Source: a virus
Direction: 5' to 3' (one strand)
Virus record (IMG/VR): IMGVR_UViG_3300021335_000003
DNA: 64,000 bases
The translations under genes were made by a program, and so were the position numbers. The number at the start of each line of letters is the position of its first letter. The stretch's first letter is position 1. This document shows, piece after piece, positions 48,608 through 58,681 of the stretch. The notes below the pieces were generated by a model. The model saw only the letters and a program-made list of their open reading frames with translations. It ran no database searches and was not told the DNA's origin.

Positions 48608-49581
48608 TTATACCTCGCTTGTAACGGTTCTGCATATTGTGCTGCATTATCTGCAATACGCTGAAGATCCCAACGGGCACAAAACTTCATAAGTCTCATA
48701 CCAACTTGTGATACATTCTTGCTATCTGCTGATTGGATAGTGTTATTTATTTCTGTGCGAATATGCTCAGGTTGTGCAGTCAAATCACACAATGTAACAT
48801 TACGTGTATAATCATCTAACACACGATGCTCTGCACCTTCATGATCTACCCAACGTTGTAGCATCATGTTATTCCAGTTGTAGCCTTTGTTATCTTTATC
48901 AGCAAATGCTTCTAACAAACCTACTTTGTTCTTTGTGCCTTTCTTGCGCACACCAGGGTAGGCACTAAAAACATTGTCGCTAGTGTCGCCACGCATACAC
49001 TTCTCAAAAAGCAAGTATGCGGGTTCAGGAGCAGGCTTCGGCTCGCCTGTCTTCTTATCGCACACGGGCTGTCCTTTGTCATCAAAGTATCCTTCTACAG
49101 TAATTGTAGTATTACTTACCCCGTTGTATTGACGTACATTAGGAGCAATCAGCTGTGCAAAGTCACCGTCTGTACTAATAATAACATGATCGTCATTGGG
49201 ATGATTTTGTATCCAACCTGCAATAAGATCATCTGCTTCTAGCACAGGATTATGCAAAACTGTGCAGTTAGTTTTGTCTGTAACAAACTCTTTGAACTCG
49301 TCGAAGATTTCCCAAAACACTTTATCTTCTTCTGCTTCACGTGGGCTCATAGCGTCACGATGTTCTTTGCGGTTACGCTTGTAAGGCTCGTAATAGTCCT
49401 TGCGCCAACTACGTCCTTCTAAGCAGAATACAACATGCGAACCATCAAAGTCCTGCCACGCTTTCTTAATACTGTTAAGGGTGATATGCATTGCCATGCC
49501 AACTTTTGTATCAATGTCGCCACGTACAACATGACGAGCACGAAAAAATGTGTTAGCAGTGTCAATTAGAATATAAGTCAT
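48604..49581 (-). CDS. rnh: T4 RNase H-like 5'-3' exonuclease (FEN/PIN)
   Basis: ILID..N, WRK.YY..YK.NR, EADD, ISTDGDFAQL and GDTSDN motifs. Confidence 0.85.
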   Translation of the reverse strand: MTYILIDTANTFFRARHVVRGDIDTKVGMAMHITLNSIKKAWQDFDGSHVVFCLEGRSWRKDYYEPYKRNRKEHRDAMSPREAEEDKVFWEIFDEFKEFVTDKTNCTVLHNPVLEADDLIAGWIQNHPNDDHVIISTDGDFAQLIAPNVRQYNGVSNTTITVEGYFDDKGQPVCDKKTGEPKPAPEPAYLLFEKCMRGDTSDNVFSAYPGVRKKGTKNKVGLLEAFADKDNKGYNWNNMMLQRWVDHEGAEHRVLDDYTRNVTLCDLTAQPEHIRTEINNTIQSADSKNVSQVGMRLMKFCARWDLQRIADNAAQYAEPLQARYK

Positions 49582-49982
49582 GATACTTCACTTTTGCCTT
49601 TGTCTATTGGTACTACATTAATATAACCGGCATTTCGTGATGTGTCAAGTCCTTCTTCTGCCAACATATTATAAACAATGTCTTTGAACCAACGATCTAC
49701 AATTTGCTCTGGTTCGTCACCTTCACTGCCATAACCTGCTGCCAATAATTCTTCAATAAAGTAATCATTCCAATCAAGTTCAAAAAACCCGTTGCGAATA
49801 TTATCTTCATTGACTTTCATATCCAACACATTTACCCAAGGTTCTCCTTTTTTAGTAGCATATGCTTTAGGATCTTTTACTTTGAGTTTTTTGTCTGATT
49901 CTGCTTCTAGTGCAGCTTTTTGTTCAGCAATACGCTTTTCTTCTGCTTCAATACCTGTAATCTTCTTTAGCCATTGTTTCAT
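49578..49982 (-). CDS. Hypothetical phage protein
   Basis: 134 aa, GFFELDWN motif, AAGGA RBS. Confidence 0.7.
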   Translation of the reverse strand: MKQWLKKITGIEAEEKRIAEQKAALEAESDKKLKVKDPKAYATKKGEPWVNVLDMKVNEDNIRNGFFELDWNDYFIEELLAAGYGSEGDEPEQIVDRWFKDIVYNMLAEEGLDTSRNAGYINVVPIDKGKSEVS

Positions 49983-50051
49983 ATTAGTTTCCTTATCTTT
50001 TCGTATTCCTCTTCGCTTTTGATGCCTTTTGGAATACTATCCAAGTTTTCT

Positions 50052-50948
50052 TTAAGTGCCCCAGGCATTTCCGAATAGGCTAATGTGGAGTCTTGGCGAG
50101 AACCTCCACCCTCGTTCCATACAGAGGTTCGCCACCTCTTGTACGTTGAGAGTGTATTCTTCCGACCTACCCCCAAGCGGCATGAGATATACAGGAACGT
50201 CCACGCCTGCTTCACGATAGGCGTCAACTGCTCTACCAACTTCATCAACATCGTCTTGATCAGCAACAACAAACTTAAAATACATATCGCTGCCATCAAC
50301 AAGGGAATACTCACGAGCAACGTCAGGCTTAATAGCATCATCCCAAGACTCGCCCGAAACGGATAGTTTGGGAGAACAGCTAAAAGTGAGCTGAATTCGT
50401 TCATGCTGGTTGAGATAGTTGTAGAAGTCATCGTGTAGATGCTGTGTAGTGTTGGTTTCGATTGTGACATTTTTAAGATCCTGCATACCTGGGTGTTCAA
50501 ATAGCTCGACATACAACCGTTGCCAAGCAAGTAGTGGCTCTCCGCCTGTTAGAATAAGATGAACATCTTGTCCATTATCCATAGTCCATTTGCCTTCTGG
50601 CAACAAACTAAGCAAGTGTTCTACAACTTCATCGATAGTTGCTAATTTGTTAAAGTCCTTAAACTCTGGATAGATACTTGCGTATGTATCACATCCTGTA
50701 TGCACAATAGGCAAGTCCTCAAACTTTTCTGTTTTTTCTACAATGCCATCGTCGAGCAATGCTTTTACTTCTGCATTATAACGATTGCCTTCTGCGTGTT
50801 GTTTCCAGCGATCACCTACGCTTTTATCAACACCAAAGTTCATACAACGAAAGTTACAACCAAATGTACGTAGGAATACACTGGGTACTCCTACAAACTT
50901 GCCTTCGCCTTGCACTGAATAAAATGCTTCACTATATCTTAGTTTCAT
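50052..50948 (-). CDS. queE: 7-carboxy-7-deazaguanine synthase (radical SAM)
   Basis: EAFYSVQGEG..VGVPSVFLR..GCNFRC...GCDT, TGGEP, ETN, SPKL and RLH motifs; adjacent to folE. Confidence 0.9.
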   Translation of the reverse strand: MKLRYSEAFYSVQGEGKFVGVPSVFLRTFGCNFRCMNFGVDKSVGDRWKQHAEGNRYNAEVKALLDDGIVEKTEKFEDLPIVHTGCDTYASIYPEFKDFNKLATIDEVVEHLLSLLPEGKWTMDNGQDVHLILTGGEPLLAWQRLYVELFEHPGMQDLKNVTIETNTTQHLHDDFYNYLNQHERIQLTFSCSPKLSVSGESWDDAIKPDVAREYSLVDGSDMYFKFVVADQDDVDEVGRAVDAYREAGVDVPVYLMPLGGRSEEYTLNVQEVANLCMERGWRFSPRLHISLFGNAWGT

Positions 50949-51643
50949 CTTGGTGCAAACTCCTGCTGTAGTTTAATGTTGTCAAAGAACTCTTTCTTTG
51001 TACCAGGATCGGTTTTAAATGCACCTTTTAACACACTTGTTTGTGTAAGACTACTGTGTGCCATAATGCCTCTATTTTCACAGCAACCGTGTGTTGCTTG
51101 GATATAAACACCACAGTCTGTTGCACCTGTAACCTTCATAATCTCTTTAGCAATATCCATAGCAAGTTCTTCTTGCAATGTGCCACGTCTTGCACACCAT
51201 TGTGCAATGCGTGTGTATTTGCTCAAACCAATTAATTTGTCAGCAGCAATAATGCCAATATATGCTACACCTGTAACTGGCTGATGGTGATGCGAGCAAA
51301 CACTTTTAAGTTCGCTGCGTACCACAAGCATACCATCATATGGATCATCAGTTTCGTTTGGAAAACTTGTAGCATTAGGCTGTGGATAGTAACGACCACG
51401 CATTAATTCGTGAATATACATTTTTGCCAAACGCTTTGCAGTTTCATTACTGTTTGGATCATTTTCTGTATCAATAATAAGTGTATCTAGTACATCCTGG
51501 AACTTGTATGTTAGTTCGTTTTGAATCTCTTGCAGTTCCCACTCACTGATGTGTTCGCTAATATTGTCGTTAGCATAAAAACGCACGTTGTTTTTTTGTA
51601 GTCTTTCACGTACAACTTGACTAACTTTTACTTCTTCTGTCAT
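50945..51643 (-). CDS. folE: GTP cyclohydrolase I
   Basis: SVCSHH, GLSK..R, LQEEL and HGC..RG motifs. Confidence 0.95.
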   Translation of the reverse strand: MTEEVKVSQVVRERLQKNNVRFYANDNISEHISEWELQEIQNELTYKFQDVLDTLIIDTENDPNSNETAKRLAKMYIHELMRGRYYPQPNATSFPNETDDPYDGMLVVRSELKSVCSHHHQPVTGVAYIGIIAADKLIGLSKYTRIAQWCARRGTLQEELAMDIAKEIMKVTGATDCGVYIQATHGCCENRGIMAHSSLTQTSVLKGAFKTDPGTKKEFFDNIKLQQEFAPR

Positions 51644-51699
51644 TTATTTCTCCGAGTTATAGACGAGGATGTCATAAAATATGGTACAACACTACAAGT

Positions 51700-51728
51700 A
51701 TTGTACCATGTATTTAGGTTTTTGTCAA
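51700..51728 (-). promoter_or_regulatory. sigma70 promoter TTGACA-N17-(TG)TACAAT for folE-queE
   Basis: -35 at 51728-51723 and -10 at 51705-51700, overlapped by an inverted repeat. Confidence 0.7.
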
Positions 51729-51937
51729 GCACTAAAATATTTTTGAATCATTTCAATGCGATCACTAGCTGCTGCCATAGTGTCTAATTCTTGTTGAATT
51801 GCTTCAACAATGTCTGCATGTTCGCCGATACCTACAGATTGATTCATATACACCATGATATTTGTTTTTGCTCTCTCAAGCTCGCCTTCGGCATGCATAC
51901 GTGCTGCCTTTGCTAATTGTGCTGCCATATCACTCAT
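51725..51937 (-). CDS. Small hypothetical protein
   Basis: Start MSDMAAQ, VGIGEH motif, AGGAG upstream. Confidence 0.65.
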   Translation of the reverse strand: MSDMAAQLAKAARMHAEGELERAKTNIMVYMNQSVGIGEHADIVEAIQQELDTMAAASDRIEMIQKYFSA

Positions 51938-52061
51938 CCTTTTTCTCCTTCTGTCTCTGTCTTTCTTCATATTGTGTTTTTTTCTCGAGGTATTGCTCCT
52001 CTGTTAATGAATGCCAACCAACGCATTTGCCTGTTGGCGATCTTCCGCAACCGCAACTCAT
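51930..52061 (-). CDS. 43-aa CDGSH-like iron-sulfur/zinc protein (absent from the ORF track)
   Basis: Hand translation: MSCGCGRSPTGKCVGWHSLTEEQYLEKKTQYEERQRQKEKKDE. Fills the gap between neighbouring genes exactly. Confidence 0.65.
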   Translation of the reverse strand: MSCGCGRSPTGKCVGWHSLTEEQYLEKKTQYEERQRQKEKKDE

Positions 52062-52062
52062 A

Positions 52063-53199
52063 TTATTTTCCTATTGTTGATGATTCGTAAACCGAATTAT
52101 GTGTCTGAGTACAACGAATAAAAGTTGCACATTTACTTAATTGCTTGAGTTTCATTGCACCTGTATATGTGCAAGCACTACGCACTCCTCCTAGTATCTC
52201 CTGCACTGTTTTAGCTACAGGTCCTCTATAAGGCACAAGCACTGTGCGTCCTTCTGATGAACGATAATCTTTAAGTCCACCAAAATGCTTATCGTTTGCA
52301 CTTTCACTACTCATACCGTAGAACTGCACAAACTTTTTTTCTTTTATAACACGAGCATCGTTTTCAAACTCGTCTGTAATAAACCGTTTTGTGATTACTT
52401 CACCACCGCCTTCATCGTGTCCGGCAAGCATACCACCCAGCATTACAAAGTCAGCACCAGCAGCAAATGCTTTGGCTACATCGCCAGGGCAAGTGCAGCC
52501 ACCATCCGCAATAATATGGCCACCAAGACCATGAGCAGCATCAGCGCACTCAATAACAGCGGAAAGCTGAGGGTAACCAACACCAGTTTGGATCCGTGTT
52601 GTACAAACACTTCCAGGGCCGATGCCCACTTTAACAATATCTGCGCCAGCAAGAATAAGTTCCTCCGTCATTTCTCTTGTTACTACATTTCCAGCAATGA
52701 TTACCAAGTCTGGAAACTCTGCACGTACTTTGCGAACGTGTTGTGCAAAGTGATCACTATAACCATTGGCAATGTCCATACAAACATATTTCAGTCTATA
52801 ATCGCATTCTTTTTTAACTTTTTCTAGTTTGTAATAATCACTTCCGCTGGTGCCAATGCTCATGGCAACATTTTCAGTTCGCTCTAGTCCTACGTCTGCT
52901 GCATTGAAATAATCAATCAGTTCGTCAGCACTGTAAGTTTTTACAAGACAAGTAAAGATTTCACCTTCTGCTAGTTTGTCAGCCATTTCAAATGTACCAA
53001 CACCATCCATATTAGCAGCCATAATAGGAATACCATTGTAATGGATTTCATCAGGTAGCGGTTCTGCAATGTCATGATCATAGTTTCTAAATTGAAATTT
53101 ACGATGCAGTTTTACTTGACTACGACTTTTAAGTGTACTGCGCTTTGGACGAATAAGCACATCTTTATAATCTAATTTTACGTCTTCTTCTAATCTCAT
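52063..53199 (-). CDS. guaC: GMP reductase
   Basis: [43 protein letters not shown] and YRSSEG motifs. Confidence 0.95.
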   Translation of the reverse strand: MRLEEDVKLDYKDVLIRPKRSTLKSRSQVKLHRKFQFRNYDHDIAEPLPDEIHYNGIPIMAANMDGVGTFEMADKLAEGEIFTCLVKTYSADELIDYFNAADVGLERTENVAMSIGTSGSDYYKLEKVKKECDYRLKYVCMDIANGYSDHFAQHVRKVRAEFPDLVIIAGNVVTREMTEELILAGADIVKVGIGPGSVCTTRIQTGVGYPQLSAVIECADAAHGLGGHIIADGGCTCPGDVAKAFAAGADFVMLGGMLAGHDEGGGEVITKRFITDEFENDARVIKEKKFVQFYGMSSESANDKHFGGLKDYRSSEGRTVLVPYRGPVAKTVQEILGGVRSACTYTGAMKLKQLSKCATFIRCTQTHNSVYESSTIGK

Positions 53200-53762
53200 T
53201 AATCATATTCCCACGGAAAAACAATCCAAGTGTCTTTTTCACTTGTGTCAATAGTTTGCCATACATAATCAACACCATCAAACTCTGTATGCGTTTTTTC
53301 ACACATTACGGCAAAACGTACATTTTTACCCCATACAGTATCCCAGTTTGGATTATCAGGTAAGCATCCGCTTTGCCAATCTTGTTTAATCCAATTGAAA
53401 GTAGCACCTGTATCGTTAATATCATCAACTATAAGAATATTTTTCTTTTTATCTGCATGACTTGTAAGATTTTCAAAAATACCATCTCTATCTAATTCTG
53501 ATATGTAACCAAACGCATCTTCTGCCATCCAGCAGTTTGATTCCGGTCCTGACTCGCCTTTGTTGTCACGCAGTCTAACATCTAGCGCATAATGATCACA
53601 GTCAAGTAAATGACTAAGCACAACACTAACTGGCAACCCGCCTCTGTTTAGTCCTACAATATAATCTGGACGGAATCCTGTTTTATACATTTCCAGTGCA
53701 AGTTTGTGAGCACATTTATGTACATCGTCCCATGTGTAATGTTTTCTATCTATTTTTTCCAT
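53199..53762 (-). CDS. Type I purine phosphoribosyltransferase (Gpt-like)
   Basis: [13 protein letters not shown]-binding [13 protein letters not shown], and WIVFPWE. Confidence 0.85.
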   Translation of the reverse strand: MEKIDRKHYTWDDVHKCAHKLALEMYKTGFRPDYIVGLNRGGLPVSVVLSHLLDCDHYALDVRLRDNKGESGPESNCWMAEDAFGYISELDRDGIFENLTSHADKKKNILIVDDINDTGATFNWIKQDWQSGCLPDNPNWDTVWGKNVRFAVMCEKTHTEFDGVDYVWQTIDTSEKDTWIVFPWEYD

Positions 53763-53971
53763 TCATCCATCTCTGTTTTAATTTCAGTAATTGATTCATT
53801 TGCAATACCAGCAGCCATTGACTGTACCTGCTCTAGTATGTTTTTTACTTCTGCATAATCATATGTTTGCTCAACTAGATCACTATATTCGTTGCGCAAT
53901 CTGTGTGCTTGGATACACATATCTTTCATTGCATTAATACGTTCTATCCATTGTTCAATACTATGTTGCAA
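53750..53971 (-). CDS. Hypothetical protein
   Basis: 73 aa helical ORF with GGAGG RBS. Confidence 0.6.
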   Translation of the reverse strand: MQHSIEQWIERINAMKDMCIQAHRLRNEYSDLVEQTYDYAEVKNILEQVQSMAAGIANESITEIKTEMDEWKK

Positions 53972-55019
53972 AATAATCCTCCAAACTGCCTTTGCGTTTA
54001 GTGTCTAATGTAGCACAATGGAAGCCTCCGCTCATACTACGTGCTTGACGCATTGGAAGGCCTATTGTATCAATACCATGTTTGCCTAATATGCGTCTCA
54101 ACTGCTCTTGTTTTTCATCAACAATAACCAGTTCTTCATTTACACTCAAAAAGTTCAATCCAATATAAGGTGAGCAAGGAGCAACACCTGTGTTTGCCGG
54201 CGGCACATGTAAGTCTTCTTCGCCAACCCAAATCTTATCCCAATCCTTAAATATAGGTGGATACCAATCCTCACTTAAACGTCCTGCGTTTAGTAGCACC
54301 AGTCCTGGACGCAATGGCAATACTGTGCTGTCAAAGTGTGCAAAACTATAATACTTTTCTGCTACGTGGATACGATAGCCTTTGGGTTCTAGTATAGTTT
54401 TCAGCCACTCAAAACCAAGTTGGTTGCCACTATTGCTAACTTGGCAGAGAAGATCCCTACCAAGGCGAACGATATTAGGAGCATCAAAAATAATTTCTTT
54501 GTTAACAAGGGTGGCTTCACTGCGGTCCTCCAGTTGATAATTATCATCAGTTAGAATAGGTTTAGGAGCATTTATCCATTGTACGCCTTCTTTCATCCAG
54601 CCATACAAATGTTTATAATATGCTCTAGTTTCAAAATAACGTGCCCGCATTGGGCTAGGACATTCGATAATCATATTGTCCAATGGCAGCAGCAAATCTC
54701 TTGGACAGAATGTATACCAGCCTGTGGTAGTCCATTCTGGTGTGCTGTATATTTTATTATGATCAATAGGATCAGGACGTAGTGTCTTTACACCTAGTCC
54801 TTGCAAACACTTTTCTAATCCTTCTAGATCTTCATTTGCTTCATCTACAATCCATTGTTCAATAGGTTGCCCGTCAAAGTGTTTGATATCTTCATAATCT
54901 TCACCACCATAGATAAAACTATGTGTGCTGATATTCATAGTGGGATGCACACAGTTTTCTGCTGTGCCGATAATAATTTCTTCTAATGGATCCCAATCGT
55001 TGTTACTTTGTACTGGCAA
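53961..55019 (-). CDS. Glycine/inosamine-phosphate amidinotransferase family protein
   Basis: NDWDPLEEIIIG, CPRD, FDA (Asp), HFDST (His) and GGFHCATLD (catalytic Cys). Confidence 0.9.
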   Translation of the reverse strand: MPVQSNNDWDPLEEIIIGTAENCVHPTMNISTHSFIYGGEDYEDIKHFDGQPIEQWIVDEANEDLEGLEKCLQGLGVKTLRPDPIDHNKIYSTPEWTTTGWYTFCPRDLLLPLDNMIIECPSPMRARYFETRAYYKHLYGWMKEGVQWINAPKPILTDDNYQLEDRSEATLVNKEIIFDAPNIVRLGRDLLCQVSNSGNQLGFEWLKTILEPKGYRIHVAEKYYSFAHFDSTVLPLRPGLVLLNAGRLSEDWYPPIFKDWDKIWVGEEDLHVPPANTGVAPCSPYIGLNFLSVNEELVIVDEKQEQLRRILGKHGIDTIGLPMRQARSMSGGFHCATLDTKRKGSLEDYFAT

Positions 55020-55905
55020 TATCTAGTCCTTTGATATATTGTTTGTGGAAACTTAATCTGTTTGTCTTTCCGCCTCTATTATACTGCGGAAACTTGTTAT
55101 TATAATCTATACCAAACAGCACAGTCTTACTTACACATACTCCTATATTATTACAGAAATCTGCTTGTTTGTCAACATATTTGTTTGGTATATAATCTGG
55201 TGTAAAGTTATCTAAATATTCTAATCCTAGCAATGCACCTATTTTGTTGTTGTAGTTAATTTTATGATACACAAACATTGTGTCATCATCATCTACTTTG
55301 GTATATCGCATTCCGATACGTGCATATGCAACAGGAAATGTTTTGCTTAAACTAAATGTAACATCTGTTATACACGGGTATGCTAGGTCAATGTGTATGT
55401 GCCTACAAGCGCCATAGTATGCACAATCCACTAGCACAGGTACGCCTAGTTCGCTGCACTCACGCATTAAATCGTGATATTTGTCGTGCTTGTCACCTGT
55501 GTCTGCAAATGGCAAACTAATAACAACTGCATCCGCTTTGTGTAGTTTTTCATCTTCTAGATATGCCCAAACAAACTTGTCTCTCCACGCAAGTTTGTGA
55601 TACATATATTCACCTTTGAAGCAGCGGAATCTACGCTTTGCATTGCGCATATAAAACTTGTCAAATGCTTCTGTAGTGCCGTTACTGTAACACTTGTATC
55701 CAAAGTCTTCTAATCCAGTGAACACATTAAGTGTACCTGATTTAATCCAAGTATCGTATTCGTGTAAAAATTCATCAATGATACTATCGCTATTGAGATC
55801 TGTAAAACTATAATGCTTTCTCAATAGTTTCATAGTTTCTGGATCTTGTATAGCAAATGCACTACCAAAATCCATACCACGTTTGTCATTGGGAATATCG
55901 GTCAT
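55003..55905 (-). CDS. PLP-dependent (fold I) aminotransferase-like enzyme
   Basis: GTTEAF, VLVDCAY, FSLSKTF (PLP Lys) and RIG motifs. Confidence 0.7.
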   Translation of the reverse strand: MTDIPNDKRGMDFGSAFAIQDPETMKLLRKHYSFTDLNSDSIIDEFLHEYDTWIKSGTLNVFTGLEDFGYKCYSNGTTEAFDKFYMRNAKRRFRCFKGEYMYHKLAWRDKFVWAYLEDEKLHKADAVVISLPFADTGDKHDKYHDLMRECSELGVPVLVDCAYYGACRHIHIDLAYPCITDVTFSLSKTFPVAYARIGMRYTKVDDDDTMFVYHKINYNNKIGALLGLEYLDNFTPDYIPNKYVDKQADFCNNIGVCVSKTVLFGIDYNNKFPQYNRGGKTNRLSFHKQYIKGLDIASTK

Positions 55906-56497
55906 CTTCGTCCAAAAAGGTTACTTGACTAATAACAATATCAGTAGGACCAAAGTTTGCCATACCATGCCAAGTGTCACCTTTCCAAGTGTATGTGTCA
56001 CCTGCACTCCAGCCTGTATATACTTCGTCGCCTACTTGTAATACTTGCCCTCTGTCCCAGTCGTTCATCATAACAACAGTTCTACAAACATTATGTGCAT
56101 TATCTTCTTCAATGTTGTTGTACTTTACAAATGTTGCATAGGTGTCAAAATGCCACATTAAACTACAACCCGGTGTGAGTTTTAGGAAGTTGTAATTGAA
56201 CTTCATGTGTGCATATGGTGCAATAATACTTGCTAGTCCTTTTGTAAGTTCAGGACGTATGCTCATGTAATGTAAGCTACCTTCTTTGGGTACTCCCCAC
56301 TGTGCATACATTGCTTCCAATGCTTTTTTGTTTTTTGTAGCAAACGTATCCCAACTACTATCTTCTGGGATTTCGTCTGTCATATATGTTGGAGACCACG
56401 GTAGTGTAAGCAAGTCGTTTTTATTCCAAGTAACTTCTTCTACTGAACTTTCATCAGCACCGTGTTCTCTCCAGTTTTCATAACTTCGCATATCCAT
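55886..56497 (-). CDS. 2OG-Fe(II) oxygenase-like protein
   Basis: PG..MWHFD, WSAGD and WHGMANFG motifs. Confidence 0.7.
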   Translation of the reverse strand: MDMRSYENWREHGADESSVEEVTWNKNDLLTLPWSPTYMTDEIPEDSSWDTFATKNKKALEAMYAQWGVPKEGSLHYMSIRPELTKGLASIIAPYAHMKFNYNFLKLTPGCSLMWHFDTYATFVKYNNIEEDNAHNVCRTVVMMNDWDRGQVLQVGDEVYTGWSAGDTYTWKGDTWHGMANFGPTDIVISQVTFLDEDDRYSQ

Positions 56498-57423
56498 TAT
56501 GCGTCTCCTTGTAAGTGTGCCTTTATATATTGCCTGTTTGGTATATCATATGTATCCAATATTTTTTCTAGTTTTGTTTTGTCACACTGCTCTAAGTTTA
56601 TTATATCCAGTTCTTTTGGAAATGTCAAGACATTTGTTGTCCATTTTTTATAATTTTTTGTAAATTCTGCAAGTTCTGGTAATCCTTGCCAGTTGTTTTT
56701 ATGCACAACACTGTGTATTGTATAATCAAATACATCAGCTATTTCATCTAATGTTTTTACTACTCTGCTCCAAACACTACCGCTACGCACTGTTTCATTT
56801 ATAGTTCCGTATCCATCAATACTAATAGTAAAATGCACTCTTTTGCATTTACTTAAAACTTGATAATCTTCTTCTTGTAACTTGTGCATACCATTTGTAA
56901 AATATTCCACAGATAGATTTTCTAAATTGTCAAATGTTTGTAAAAAACGTCTGTGTCTATTTGTCATAAGTGGTTCTCCACCTAAAAACACCACACGGTT
57001 TATGGTATCGGGTATGTGTGTAAATTCTTCTGTGCTGGTAATACCTTGTTTAGGCGGAAGGTTTGGATTCTTTTTAGCCCACCAACTGCTGCTCCATTCT
57101 TCCCAACAGCCGTCACAGGTCAAATCACAGATATTGTCAAACCCTACTTCCAAATAATCAAGTGTAGGATACGTCATTTGATAACGTGCATTAAAACGCT
57201 GTCTTAAACTTTCTACACCCAGTTCTTCTTCGTGCTTGCATTTACCACAACCTGGCAGCCAATCTGTTTCCATATCAGTGCGTAATTTTTTATAGATATA
57301 ACTATCCATAATTTTGCCAACATTGCCATCAAAGTGCATTACACTTTCTTTGTAACGACAGCAAGGATATATACGGTTACCCCCACGTATGTTTGTGTGA
57401 TTATATAGTGCTGCGCATTTCAT
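56497..57423 (-). CDS. Radical SAM protein with N-terminal twitch domain
   Basis: C..YPCC..CGKC, then CDLTCDGC, LGGEP and ISIDG. Confidence 0.9.
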   Translation of the reverse strand: MKCAALYNHTNIRGGNRIYPCCRYKESVMHFDGNVGKIMDSYIYKKLRTDMETDWLPGCGKCKHEEELGVESLRQRFNARYQMTYPTLDYLEVGFDNICDLTCDGCWEEWSSSWWAKKNPNLPPKQGITSTEEFTHIPDTINRVVFLGGEPLMTNRHRRFLQTFDNLENLSVEYFTNGMHKLQEEDYQVLSKCKRVHFTISIDGYGTINETVRSGSVWSRVVKTLDEIADVFDYTIHSVVHKNNWQGLPELAEFTKNYKKWTTNVLTFPKELDIINLEQCDKTKLEKILDTYDIPNRQYIKAHLQGDA

Positions 57424-58681
57424 AATCTTGTATATCCATTTCTTTTAACCACATATAATTATGATTGATAACTTCTAACATTTCTACATATTTTTGTTGG
57501 CATTGTTTTATACTCCAACTATTAATTTCCAGTAACAAATCAAAAATCATTTCTAGTCGTTTTGTGTGGTCCCATTCTTCATCGTAACTTTCGTTCCAAA
57601 AATTACCAAATGTTTTAAATCCATCTTTACGCATAAGTTCTAAACTACCAGGCGGGCCACAAAACACAAAAGGACGTCTGTTTATAATTGCATTTAAAAC
57701 TTTTTCATCATAACTAGGAAAAGGCTCATTAAATGTGCTGTAATTTACTATACTGCAAAAAGTGTTGCCATACAAGTTTTCGTTTGTGTATTCTTCTAAC
57801 ACAGGACCAGACATTTTTGTGCCTGTTGGTCTAATAAATTTATCTTCGATAGTACCACTGATATCTACAGGATCTGATTCTATATCTATACCTTTGATAT
57901 TTTCATTTAGATAATATATGCCTTCTACTACTTGGTGTTTGTGTTTTAATTCATTAATATCAAACCAAATATTTTCCAACACACGATGTTCGTTGTCTCT
58001 ATAATACCAACTATATTCTGTATCCAATTGACTTGCAAATGCTGTTATAATATGTCTATGCGGTTCATAGCGCCAATTGCCACACCAAAACCTTTTATCA
58101 ATCTTTGCCCCAATAAAGTCTTTTTCTAAAGTTTTGAATCGATTTGTTAAGGCATTTAGTGTTGCATCTTGTCTTTGTAGCTTGAAACTGTAAGTGTCTT
58201 TGTAAATATCAGTAGGATCTTCAAAACTCACATACACTGTAACATTTTTTAACTTATTTAATTTAACAAAATTTTCTACACTTTCTAATTCGGGCGACCA
58301 ATAGTTTCCTTGAGTGTTGTCTAAATTATATCTACTTGTACCATCTGCAACTAAATTTTGAATATTGCCTGTTGTATGAAAACATTGTTCAGTCAAGAAT
58401 ATATACAAACCTTCTAAATTTAAAAAATCACGTTCAATTATACCTAGTTTTAATCCTTCTATATAATCAAGTGTGCCTACATCATAAACTTGAATAAAAC
58501 TAAAAGGAAAATTTTTTAGATAACTGTTGGTGTATATTTCTTGTAAGCCTTCATAATTTTCTAGTGAAGGTAAAACATTATACTCTTTATCTACAAACAT
58601 TGTGTTATTGCCAATTTTATAAACAAAGGCTTTTTCTAATGCACTATCGGTACGTCTATATGCCTGTGAGTTGGACTGCAT
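57401..58681 (-). CDS. Putative glycosyltransferase-like protein
   Basis: C-terminal DEKVLNAI...PFV..G......LMRKDGFKTF....NESYD pattern resembles GT-B nucleotide-binding halves; tentative. Confidence 0.4.
   Translation of the reverse strand: MQSNSQAYRRTDSALEKAFVYKIGNNTMFVDKEYNVLPSLENYEGLQEIYTNSYLKNFPFSFIQVYDVGTLDYIEGLKLGIIERDFLNLEGLYIFLTEQCFHTTGNIQNLVADGTSRYNLDNTQGNYWSPELESVENFVKLNKLKNVTVYVSFEDPTDIYKDTYSFKLQRQDATLNALTNRFKTLEKDFIGAKIDKRFWCGNWRYEPHRHIITAFASQLDTEYSWYYRDNEHRVLENIWFDINELKHKHQVVEGIYYLNENIKGIDIESDPVDISGTIEDKFIRPTGTKMSGPVLEEYTNENLYGNTFCSIVNYSTFNEPFPSYDEKVLNAIINRRPFVFCGPPGSLELMRKDGFKTFGNFWNESYDEEWDHTKRLEMIFDLLLEINSWSIKQCQQKYVEMLEVINHNYMWLKEMDIQDYEMRSTI

Noticed and set aside
49979-50530. 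183-aa ORF overlapping queE in another frame
   Set aside because: Shadow frame with no motifs. Only the last 29 codons (50068..49979) might be a real micro-ORF, and that is unsupported.
53961-55019. Calling the amidinotransferase an archaeosine synthase
   Set aside because: Known G+ synthases (ArcS, QueF-L, Gat-QueC) belong to other folds; this protein is of the AGAT/StrB1 pentein type.
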